Below, piece by piece: positions 10,474 to 18,859 of a stretch of DNA of 64,000 bases. Under the pieces are notes generated by a model, which saw only the letters and a program-made list of their open reading frames with translations, was not told the DNA's origin and did not search any database. The stretch is from NCBI GenBank assembly GCA_964482085.1, contig CAYZVS010000004.1, positions 11,878 to 75,877 of the forward strand. The letters run 5' to 3'. A program made the position numbers and the translations under genes. The DNA comes from an uncultured Gammaproteobacteria bacterium (GTDB lineage Bacteria > Patescibacteriota > Patescibacteriia > 2-12-FULL-60-25). Positions within the stretch are counted from its first letter, which is position 1, and every line of letters starts with the position of its first letter.

Positions 10474-13400
10474 ACAAGACAAATAACGCGTAAGCGGCAA
10501 AAGGCGCAAGTAAATGATCCAACGGCATTCGATACTTGGTATAACCAACAAACACGGTATGCATCAATGAATACGTGATTAAAATAATCACAATCAACAC
10601 AGCCTCCTTCTTTTTCCGACGAAGAGCGATCACAAGTCCAAGCAAACCAAACCAAACAACAACCAACGTAGAAACCCAAACCGCTGCACGCGCCAAAAAG
10701 ACTTTGAGCGGATTATTAGCAAAGGTCCAAGGAGCGCCCGTTTTTACACTAGGAAATAAACCCGGCTGCCAAAATGTTTTAAGTTTCTGTAACTGAATTT
10801 TCCAGCCATCCGACCAATAATGAGTCTCCATCCAAGCTGAGCCTTTATCTCCCCAATACTTACTAAACTGAGCTTCATTCAAAAGCCCTCGCTCAGAGCA
10901 ATGTTCAAGTTTTCCAACAGGATATTTTGGATGCCATTCCGTCCAGTACTCGCTATCGCGATAGACACCATCAGCTTCAAGCTCGGCACGTAACCATGGC
11001 TGAATCGTAAACATGATGTAGTTTGGATCTGTCGATGAAACAACCGGATCATCAATGATTTCCATCGGATATCCACGCTTCGTGATCTCGTAAATATACT
11101 CATTATTTGCTTTATAAAAGCCATGTCCCAAATCCGTCGTAAACGGAACAAAGGTATGAAAGACCGTCCAATTGCGATATGTCCACGGTGCAATCAGTCC
11201 CGCTGACACAACCGCCATAATCACAGCAACAAGAATCGCACGCTTCCAATCCGGCCACCACATCCAAAGAAACCACAGCACAACAAACGGCATTGCCGGC
11301 AAAATTGTTCCCTGAATGTAAGCGAGGGCTGCAATGGAAACACCAGCGAGAATAGCCGTAGATATTTTTTTATTGTCTTTCAATCGCAAAAGCGTCCAGA
11401 CTAAAAACAACATCAAGAACACCGATAAAAACGTGTGATAGTACTGCGTGAAATGATAAAAGGTGTACGGATAACACGCCATCATGAACGCTCCCAGTAG
11501 AGCTGCTTTTCTCCCAACAAGACGCTTGCCAACAACATAAACCAGAATCAACGCAAGCCAAGCAATAAAATTCTGCACCAAAGCTTGCACCAACGTATTT
11601 TCAGGACGAATCACGCTATAAAGAGCCGTGAGGAAAAACAGGAAGCCTGGAGATCGATACGCAGACGAGCAACCAAGCTCCGTAGCATACGAGTATCCAT
11701 ATCCCTGAAACCAGTGTTCAACGAGTGTATAGAATCCCCATTCGCGATTTACCAAACCATGATGAAACAAGAAAGCTGAAGCGAGTCTCGTTACAAGAGC
11801 AAACAGGACAAAAATCAAAACCCAAAGAGCAAATCTTGGTCGCACCTCACCAACAAATTCACACAAACGCTTCCAACCCTCACGCTGTGAGCCATGAAGT
11901 GTGGACATTTTTTGAAACGCCGCAGCTTTTTCTCGGGCGTTCTTACGCATGACATCTGTTTCAGCACGATTCTCGATCGTGTGTCGCATCGCTTCTGAGA
12001 GAGCGGCCGCATCCCCAATCGGAACAACACTTCCCTCAATCTTGTCACAAAACAAACTCCCGACACATCCGACGTTGGTTGTAACAACCGCAACACCAGC
12101 GGCCATCGCTTCCAAAATCGTTCTACCAAAACCCTCATAACGTGACGACAACACAAAGCCATCAGCCGTATTCCAAAGCTCATCCGGATTCTTCCAATCC
12201 TCAATTTTTACTTGCTCAACAAGTCCCATCGACTCGATTCGTCCATGCAGCATCGGCAAAAGCGGTCCCCGTCCGATTAAACGGATCTGAAAGGGAACAT
12301 GCTTAATCTTCAATTGTTTGGCAGCTTCAAGCAAAACATCGAGTCCTTTTTGTTCGACAAATCGACAAGGCACAACAAATCGAAACACCTCCGCACGTAC
12401 AACCATTTCTTTAACAAGCAAGGACGATACATCAACGGCAACCGGAATCACCTCGATCCTATTCTCATGGATTCCAATCGCAACAAGATGCCGTTTTACT
12501 CGCTCGCTCACAACTCGAACTCTCTCCGCTTGTTGGAGAATACATTTACCCAAAACAGACAATAAACGATTCTTAATCGATTCTTTCTTCCAATATCCAG
12601 AATAAAAATCTCCATGTTCTTGCACTTCAAGTGGAACATCTTTTACGCGTGAAACAATATATCCAATCAATCCAGCGATAAACGGATCTTGTGCTGTTAC
12701 CACGCTACGATTTGGTACCGTTCCCACAGACTTCATTCCCTGCCAAATCGATCGAAAAAACCGAACAATGCTATTGCCAGAAAATCCATAAACCATCAGA
12801 TGTTCACTCTGTGCAATCTCATCCGTCTTAAATCTCGATAAGACAATCGCCTGAATACTACCCTCCCCCGCTAAATGTCTAAGGCGTTCTGACGATGCTG
12901 ATTCCGTATCCAAAAGCTCGCGATCAAAAGAGAACATCACCGTCTGAAGCGGCCCACTTCCCTCTCCGACATTCACGAGCACCCGCTCAACCTGCTTTGT
13001 CATCTCCTTATGCGTCCATTTCGCAGCCAACGTTACACGTTCCACGTTATGTGTTACGCGATTCAATGCCTCGATCCAAGCCTCCCGCTGGTTATACGGC
13101 AAAACCGTAATCAAATCTCCAAATACTTCTTTCGTTTCCGGATTACCCCCCTGATCGCTCACAAGACACGGAACTCCCATCGAGGCCGCTTCCGCCACAA
13201 CGTGCGGATACCCTTCATATCCAGAGTTCAACAAAAATACATCAGAAGCTCGCATCCAATTACCAATCTGCTCGCGATCAAGTCTACCAACAAAACGAAT
13301 ACGATCTTGAGCCGATGAAGCTTGCGCGAGCCTTTTCCATTTTTCCGTTTCTGGACCTTCTCCCGCAATCACCAGCTGATGTGTTTCAGGCAATTCTTTC

Positions 13401-14083
13401 CACCACTCAATTAATTCCGCTACTCCCTTCCAAGGAACAGCGCGCGCAACAGTAAAACATACGACAGGAGCCTCTAAACCTTCAACACTTCTTTTTTGTT
13501 CTCGAGAAAACCCTTCAGGAAGCGTATCCTCGGCATTTCGAATCGTTTTAATAAAAGCCGGATCAACACCCCATCGCAAAATAACAGAATGCAAATAATT
13601 GCTCGGGGCAATGATCTGACTCGCTCGCTTAGCTACAAAGCGCTCGATCTTTTCATACAAACCAATAAGACCTCCATGTTTCTTTTCTAAAAAAGCATCA
13701 AGTAAATCTCGTTCTCCTTTTTGTTGAGCCATCTCCCACGCGTAATCGCCAGGAACACGTAACACTGCCGGCACCTTTCGTAATCGCGCAGCCAACATTG
13801 TCGGCAAACCTTCTGATACAGCACCTTGCAAATACGCAACAGAAACGTCCTTCAACTCGCGATACGCCGCAAACATGAATCGAGCATATCGAATAAACGG
13901 CCCACCGCGACGAGAAACGCGCACCACACGCCAGCCCTCTTCCGATGAAGTCTTTTGTTCACCATAGGCAACAACCGTAACCGTATGCCCAACAGAAACC
14001 AAAGCACGCGCCATGGCTCGCGCATAAATAGAAGGTCCTCCTCCTTCTGGTGGGTAAATACCCGAAGCAATCAAAATTCTCAT
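10448..14083 (-). CDS. tri-domain glycosyltransferase fusion: GT4 + GT4 + polytopic GT-C (ArnT/PMT, GT39/83-like) membrane domain
   Basis: Single stop-free ORF. Track aa ~12-385 are GT4 (MRILIASGIYPPEGGGPS..., NSGYEGYPHVVAEAASMGVPCL). Track aa ~395-755 are a second GT4 (SSRYEGFGRTILEAMAAGVAVV). Track aa ~765-1221 carry about 11 hydrophobic helices and one ~150-aa hydrophilic loop. Start ATG 14083 forms an ATGA overlap with the upstream stop. Confidence 0.75.
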   Translation of the reverse strand: MRILIASGIYPPEGGGPSIYARAMARALVSVGHTVTVVAYGEQKTSSEEGWRVVRVSRRGGPFIRYARFMFAAYRELKDVSVAYLQGAVSEGLPTMLAARLRKVPAVLRVPGDYAWEMAQQKGERDLLDAFLEKKHGGLIGLYEKIERFVAKRASQIIAPSNYLHSVILRWGVDPAFIKTIRNAEDTLPEGFSREQKRSVEGLEAPVVCFTVARAVPWKGVAELIEWWKELPETHQLVIAGEGPETEKWKRLAQASSAQDRIRFVGRLDREQIGNWMRASDVFLLNSGYEGYPHVVAEAASMGVPCLVSDQGGNPETKEVFGDLITVLPYNQREAWIEALNRVTHNVERVTLAAKWTHKEMTKQVERVLVNVGEGSGPLQTVMFSFDRELLDTESASSERLRHLAGEGSIQAIVLSRFKTDEIAQSEHLMVYGFSGNSIVRFFRSIWQGMKSVGTVPNRSVVTAQDPFIAGLIGYIVSRVKDVPLEVQEHGDFYSGYWKKESIKNRLLSVLGKCILQQAERVRVVSERVKRHLVAIGIHENRIEVIPVAVDVSSLLVKEMVVRAEVFRFVVPCRFVEQKGLDVLLEAAKQLKIKHVPFQIRLIGRGPLLPMLHGRIESMGLVEQVKIEDWKNPDELWNTADGFVLSSRYEGFGRTILEAMAAGVAVVTTNVGCVGSLFCDKIEGSVVPIGDAAALSEAMRHTIENRAETDVMRKNAREKAAAFQKMSTLHGSQREGWKRLCEFVGEVRPRFALWVLIFVLFALVTRLASAFLFHHGLVNREWGFYTLVEHWFQGYGYSYATELGCSSAYRSPGFLFFLTALYSVIRPENTLVQALVQNFIAWLALILVYVVGKRLVGRKAALLGAFMMACYPYTFYHFTQYYHTFLSVFLMLFLVWTLLRLKDNKKISTAILAGVSIAALAYIQGTILPAMPFVVLWFLWMWWPDWKRAILVAVIMAVVSAGLIAPWTYRNWTVFHTFVPFTTDLGHGFYKANNEYIYEITKRGYPMEIIDDPVVSSTDPNYIMFTIQPWLRAELEADGVYRDSEYWTEWHPKYPVGKLEHCSERGLLNEAQFSKYWGDKGSAWMETHYWSDGWKIQLQKLKTFWQPGLFPSVKTGAPWTFANNPLKVFLARAAVWVSTLVVVWFGLLGLVIALRRKKKEAVLIVIILITYSLMHTVFVGYTKYRMPLDHLLAPFAAYALFVLYETCLRRK

Positions 14084-14781
14084 GTCTTTTCCAAAACCAA
14101 TGTTGTCGACCATTTCACCTTATCTAAATCTTCAGGAAAATAAAGATCATTCAATCGTTCTTCAAAGGCATACCACGCTTGAACCGCTTCCTCAGACGCT
14201 CCTCGCATAAAGCCTTTAATCGGATACAAGTTATGCTTACGAGTCATGAGCACCTTAAACCCAGCCGCTTCAGCCTGCAAACGGAATTCTTTATCATCGA
14301 CGTGCTTCATATACGGGCCCTGAATTCCAACCATAGCCAACAATTGACTCACCGGAACCATCAAACGCTCCTTTAAATCGTGAGATCGAAAGTGCCCATC
14401 ATCATAATTGAGATAAGCAATGCCTCCAGTCTTCAACGATTGATACACCGTCTTCAAAAAAGCATCCTTATCAACAACATGCTCAATCGCACTAAATGCC
14501 GTCACAACATCAAAAGATTCTTCTGTCGATAAAATCTGCGCATCCCCTTCCTTTAATTCAATATTCGAGAACCCTGCAAATTCCTTCCGTCCACGTTCAA
14601 TGGCCACGCGATCATAATCAAAGCCTCGATAGACTGCCTGTGCATGCGTCTGTAAAAAAATCTTCCACGACGTTGCCGCGCCACAACCTAAATCAAGAAT
14701 CTTAAAATGATACGATTCAAATCGTTCATGTAGCTCAGATAAAATCCACTGCTTAGCAGCATTTCCGGCAGTGTAAATCAT
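14080..14781 (-). CDS. class I SAM-dependent methyltransferase
   Basis: 233 aa. Contains ILDLGCGAATS (motif I) and FDVVTAFSAIEHVVDKDAFLKTVYQSLKTGGIAYL. Confidence 0.8.
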   Translation of the reverse strand: MIYTAGNAAKQWILSELHERFESYHFKILDLGCGAATSWKIFLQTHAQAVYRGFDYDRVAIERGRKEFAGFSNIELKEGDAQILSTEESFDVVTAFSAIEHVVDKDAFLKTVYQSLKTGGIAYLNYDDGHFRSHDLKERLMVPVSQLLAMVGIQGPYMKHVDDKEFRLQAEAAGFKVLMTRKHNLYPIKGFMRGASEEAVQAWYAFEERLNDLYFPEDLDKVKWSTTLVLEKT

Positions 14782-15905
14782 AGGGATTCAAGAATCATTT
14801 TCATCTGCTCTGCGATACGCCGCCAATCATAACCCTCGCGCACAACACGCGCACCATTCATCACGACCCGCTCACGCAAACCAGATTCTGACAAAAGACG
14901 ATCAACGGCTTGAACAATCGATTCCGGATTCCGCGGCTCACAAAACACCCCCGTTTCTCCATCAGTCAAAAAATCCGGGATACCGCCAACGCGCGTTCCC
15001 ATAATCGGAATCTCGGCGGCCATCGCCTCTAAAAATGAATTTCCCAAACCCTCGGAAAGAGAAGGTCTAATAAAAATATCACAAGAACGTAAAAGCTCAG
15101 GCAAATCCGCATGTGCTTTATACCCTGCAAAAATTACGCGATCTTTTATACCCAGTCCATGTACCAATGTACGTAGCATCACTTCATCCTCCCCAACGCC
15201 AATCACCAAAAATTTACAACGCGCAGGAAGTAAGGGAATCGCTCTAATAACATCGTCCACTGCGTTCTTGAGCGACAAGCGCGATGCCGTAACGAGCACG
15301 ATTTCCTCTTCAGTAAAACCAAATGACTTACGAAGCTCTTGTCGGCGCTCACTTGATACGATATGTGAAAAACTCTCTATATCCACACCATTAGGAACAA
15401 TATCCACTGTTCCAAGAAACCCATTCTTCACAGCCCACTCCCCAAGAAACCGACTAATCGCCTGTACACGATCAGCCCGCTTAAAAAGCATGCGCTGAAG
15501 AAAACTAAAAATACCTAAACGTTTTGCATACTTCTCCAACGGATCGCCTTCTTGCAAGGTCAAAAGCAATTTCGATTTTGGACGTAACCAACAATAAAAT
15601 AAACTCGCAAATCCCGCATAACTCGCCATCATCGACCAAACCGGTGTTCCCTTTGCAACCAATCGCTTTGCTTTCCATGCGCCAACAAATGGCAAAAGAT
15701 ATTTGTCGATCGAGTATCCAAAACCCACACGATACACGTCGACATTCCCTATCCGTTCATGGTCAGTTAATCCGCGCTTTAATCGTGCGCAAATTAAAAC
15801 AAATTCCATCGACGGCATCCGATCCGTCAATTCCTTCAATGCCACTTCCGCGCCTCCGACAACCGGATAAAACGCCGTGGAGAAAATTAAAATACGTTTA
15901 TCCAT
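14778..15905 (-). CDS. GT4 glycosyltransferase
   Basis: 375 aa. Contains ILIFSTAFYPVVGGAEV and PSLSEGLGNSFLEAMAAEIPIMGTRVGGIPD (E-x7-E). Confidence 0.85.
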   Translation of the reverse strand: MDKRILIFSTAFYPVVGGAEVALKELTDRMPSMEFVLICARLKRGLTDHERIGNVDVYRVGFGYSIDKYLLPFVGAWKAKRLVAKGTPVWSMMASYAGFASLFYCWLRPKSKLLLTLQEGDPLEKYAKRLGIFSFLQRMLFKRADRVQAISRFLGEWAVKNGFLGTVDIVPNGVDIESFSHIVSSERRQELRKSFGFTEEEIVLVTASRLSLKNAVDDVIRAIPLLPARCKFLVIGVGEDEVMLRTLVHGLGIKDRVIFAGYKAHADLPELLRSCDIFIRPSLSEGLGNSFLEAMAAEIPIMGTRVGGIPDFLTDGETGVFCEPRNPESIVQAVDRLLSESGLRERVVMNGARVVREGYDWRRIAEQMKMILESL

Positions 15906-17667
15906 ATTTTTTCAACCACGTTGCAAGTGAATACAACATCCACAATCTATTTCCGTGATCCGATCCATTGTCATTCTCTTGCACAAGTTTTATCACCTCT
16001 GCACGAGAGACATAAGCATCAAGCTTCGTATTATCCAAACAACGCTCTGCAAAAGCCGCTCGCAACGGTCCTCGGAACCAAACAGCCAATGGAACTTGGA
16101 ATCCACGTTTTGGTCGTTGCAAAATTTCCTCTGGTAAAATATCTTTCACTGCTTCTACTAATAAACGCTTCTTCAGCTTGGAAGAATACCGATATTCCAA
16201 CGGCAAGCGCGTAACATATGAAACCAATTCCTGATCGAGTAGCGGACTACGAGCTTCAAGTCCTTGCGCCATTGTCGCGCGGTCCATCTTCACATTCAAA
16301 TCATCCGGCAAGTAAGAGCGCAAATCAAAATCCATTGCCGCCGCCATTGGATCCAGTTCAGGATTTAAATGTGAGCGAACAAATTCCAGCGCTTCCGGCT
16401 GCTGAAAATACGCGCCACAAAACAAAGCCGGATACCCGCCAGTAAGCGTTTCCGCAAAACGATCATAACGTTTATCTCTTGTTATCCATCCAATGCTACG
16501 TGCTACATGATACGCGCTACGCGCCAATCCCGTCTTCTTTAAACGCAACGCTTTCTCAAAATATCCATAACGACGATACCCACCAAACAACTCATCACCG
16601 CCATCACCCGTTAAAACAGCCTTAACATGCTTTTGCGTTTCGCGTGCAAGAATCCACGTATTCAATGCAGACGAATCGGCAAACGGGGCATCATATTGGT
16701 TGATCACATCATCTGCAATCGCGAGCAAATCTTCCGGCTTCGCGATAAATGCGTAATGCTCAAAACCAAATCTCTTGGCGAGTTCAGCTGCCTGATCACG
16801 TTCATCAAATGCCGCTTCCTCAAATCCGAGCGTGAAAGAAGAAAGTTTAATGCCTTGCTGATGTGCGATCGCCGCAATCGCTGAAGAATCGATTCCACCT
16901 GATAAAAAAATACCAACAGGAACATCAGCGATCAATCGTAAACGCACACTCTCCTCCAAAAGCTTCCGAACTTCTTTACCTGCATCTTCAAACGAAATAT
17001 TCAACGCTGATTCTTCCGGTAAATATTTCGTAATAGAAACGTTTCCATCTTTCAACCATCCACAATTCCCCGGCTCCAGACTCTTCACCCCAACAAATCC
17101 CGTAAGCGGGCTCGGGACATATTGCAAACCTAGAAATAATTTTACGGCTTGTTCATCGATCTTGAATTTCTCAAGCGCGCCAATCGCCTTCAACTCTGAT
17201 GCAAACAAAAACGAAGATGCGTCATCGCGATAAAAAAACGGTTTCTTGCCAATACGATCGCGTGCAAAAAATAACGCTTGCTCTTGTTTATCCCATATCG
17301 CAAAAGCAAACATGCCACGAATCTTCTCCAACATTTTTTCTCCATCTCTCGCAAACAATTTCAACAAGACTTCCGTATCGCTTGTCGATCGAAAAGAATC
17401 TGTCTCAAATTCCGATCTCAACTCCTGATAATTATAAATTTCTCCATTAAACGTAACCGTATATCTCCCATCTGCGGATACCATCGGCTGTTTCCCGTTC
17501 TCCGACAAATCAACGATAGAAAGACGTCGATGAGCAAATCCAGCTACCCCATCCATCCAAATCCCCTCCCCATCCGGCCCACGCTTAGCCAAAGCTAAAG
17601 CCATGGCCTTCAAACGACCTTGGTCAGCTTGGCCATTTTTTCGTACTTCACCGGCAATCCCGCACAT
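15898..17667 (-). CDS. asnB: asparagine synthase (glutamine-hydrolysing) family amidotransferase, glycan-cluster paralog 2
   Basis: I trimmed the start to MCGIAGEV, because the Ntn amidotransferase needs Cys at position 2. Has SGGIDSS and GDGGDELFGGY. Confidence 0.85.
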   Translation of the reverse strand: MCGIAGEVRKNGQADQGRLKAMALALAKRGPDGEGIWMDGVAGFAHRRLSIVDLSENGKQPMVSADGRYTVTFNGEIYNYQELRSEFETDSFRSTSDTEVLLKLFARDGEKMLEKIRGMFAFAIWDKQEQALFFARDRIGKKPFFYRDDASSFLFASELKAIGALEKFKIDEQAVKLFLGLQYVPSPLTGFVGVKSLEPGNCGWLKDGNVSITKYLPEESALNISFEDAGKEVRKLLEESVRLRLIADVPVGIFLSGGIDSSAIAAIAHQQGIKLSSFTLGFEEAAFDERDQAAELAKRFGFEHYAFIAKPEDLLAIADDVINQYDAPFADSSALNTWILARETQKHVKAVLTGDGGDELFGGYRRYGYFEKALRLKKTGLARSAYHVARSIGWITRDKRYDRFAETLTGGYPALFCGAYFQQPEALEFVRSHLNPELDPMAAAMDFDLRSYLPDDLNVKMDRATMAQGLEARSPLLDQELVSYVTRLPLEYRYSSKLKKRLLVEAVKDILPEEILQRPKRGFQVPLAVWFRGPLRAAFAERCLDNTKLDAYVSRAEVIKLVQENDNGSDHGNRLWMLYSLATWLKKYG

Positions 17668-17740
17668 ACCAACCAGCCTAGCGGAAACCGATTTTTTTCG
17701 CAAAACTGGCACTTTTTTACGCTTTTGATATGGTGATTCT

Positions 17741-18859
17741 ATGAGAATCGCACTCTTGGTAACTCAGGGCGAGCATGGAGGCGTCCAGGACTTCCTCGGC
17801 CGCTTTATGAGCCACCTAAAGACCCAAGGCCATCAAGTGGCCGTCTTTTGCGGTCCCGGAGACTGGCTAGAAGCAAAATGCACCATAGAGGGCATCCGTT
17901 TTATCCGATTACACAAACTCAAACGGAATCTTCACCCCTGGTTTGACCTGCAGGCAACTCGTGAACTCCGCATCGCGCTACGCGATTACAAACCCGACGC
18001 CGTGCATTTGAACAGTTCCAAAATAGGCATCATCGGATCATTAGCGGCACGTCGCGCACAAGTACCACGTATTGTTTATCGCATCGGCGGTTGGGCTTTT
18101 TTAGAAGATCTTTCTCCGCTTAAAAAATGGCTCTATCGATCAGCTGAGATTTTCACGGCACGATTTAAAGACATTATTATCTGTGTAAACCCCGACGATG
18201 CAGAAATCGCAAAAAGATACGGAATCAAACCGCGGACAGAAATCCGTTGCGTTCCAAATGGCATCAATACAGATTCAATGCTCACGCAACTTTATACACG
18301 TGAAGAAGCACGCAGAATCCTGAAAGCAAACGATCATTTTATTTTTGGCACTATCGCCAATTTTTATCCAGCAAAAAATCTTCCCAACTATATTGAAGCT
18401 TGCGCGATCGTTGCTGTAAAAAATCCGGAAGCGCGATTTGTTATTATCGGCGATGGTGAAGAACGCGCTCTGATTGAAAACGCAATCCAGAAATACAACG
18501 TAAAAAACAAAATCATTCTCGCAGGAGCACGTGAAGATGCAGATCGCCTTTACTCGGCTTTTGATGCTTTCGTCCTCCCCTCCTCAAAAGAAGGCATGAG
18601 CTGGGCTCTGCTCAAAGCAATGGCTTGCGGACTCCCCTGCATCGCAACCGATGTCGGCGCCGCTAAATGGATGCTTGATCAAAATACCGGACTCCTCGTG
18701 AAACCCGCCGATACGAATGGCCTCGCCACATCGATGCAAGAAATAATAACAAACAAATCACTCCGGACGACACTCGGTGAAAACGCACAGAAAGCGGTAC
18801 AAGACCGCTTTCCGTTGGAGCAAACAATGAAGGGCAATGAACTCGCCCTGACTTCCTAG
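17741..18859 (+). CDS. GT4 glycosyltransferase
   Basis: 372 aa. Contains MRIALLVTQGEHGGVQ and PSSKEGMSWALLKAMACGLPCIATDVG. Divergent from the main operon. Confidence 0.85.
   Translation: MRIALLVTQGEHGGVQDFLGRFMSHLKTQGHQVAVFCGPGDWLEAKCTIEGIRFIRLHKLKRNLHPWFDLQATRELRIALRDYKPDAVHLNSSKIGIIGSLAARRAQVPRIVYRIGGWAFLEDLSPLKKWLYRSAEIFTARFKDIIICVNPDDAEIAKRYGIKPRTEIRCVPNGINTDSMLTQLYTREEARRILKANDHFIFGTIANFYPAKNLPNYIEACAIVAVKNPEARFVIIGDGEERALIENAIQKYNVKNKIILAGAREDADRLYSAFDAFVLPSSKEGMSWALLKAMACGLPCIATDVGAAKWMLDQNTGLLVKPADTNGLATSMQEIITNKSLRTTLGENAQKAVQDRFPLEQTMKGNELALTS

Noticed and set aside
17668-17712. N-terminal extensions given by the ORF track (this one, and those at 6835-6918, 9350-9391, 10474-10551, 25759-25842, 27748-27852, 29416-29478, 59011-59115 and others)
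   Set aside because: The extensions overlap upstream genes or precede obligatory N-termini: MCG of Ntn amidotransferases, signal peptides and lipoboxes. The internal ATGs sit at ATGA overlaps or behind Shine-Dalgarno sequences.
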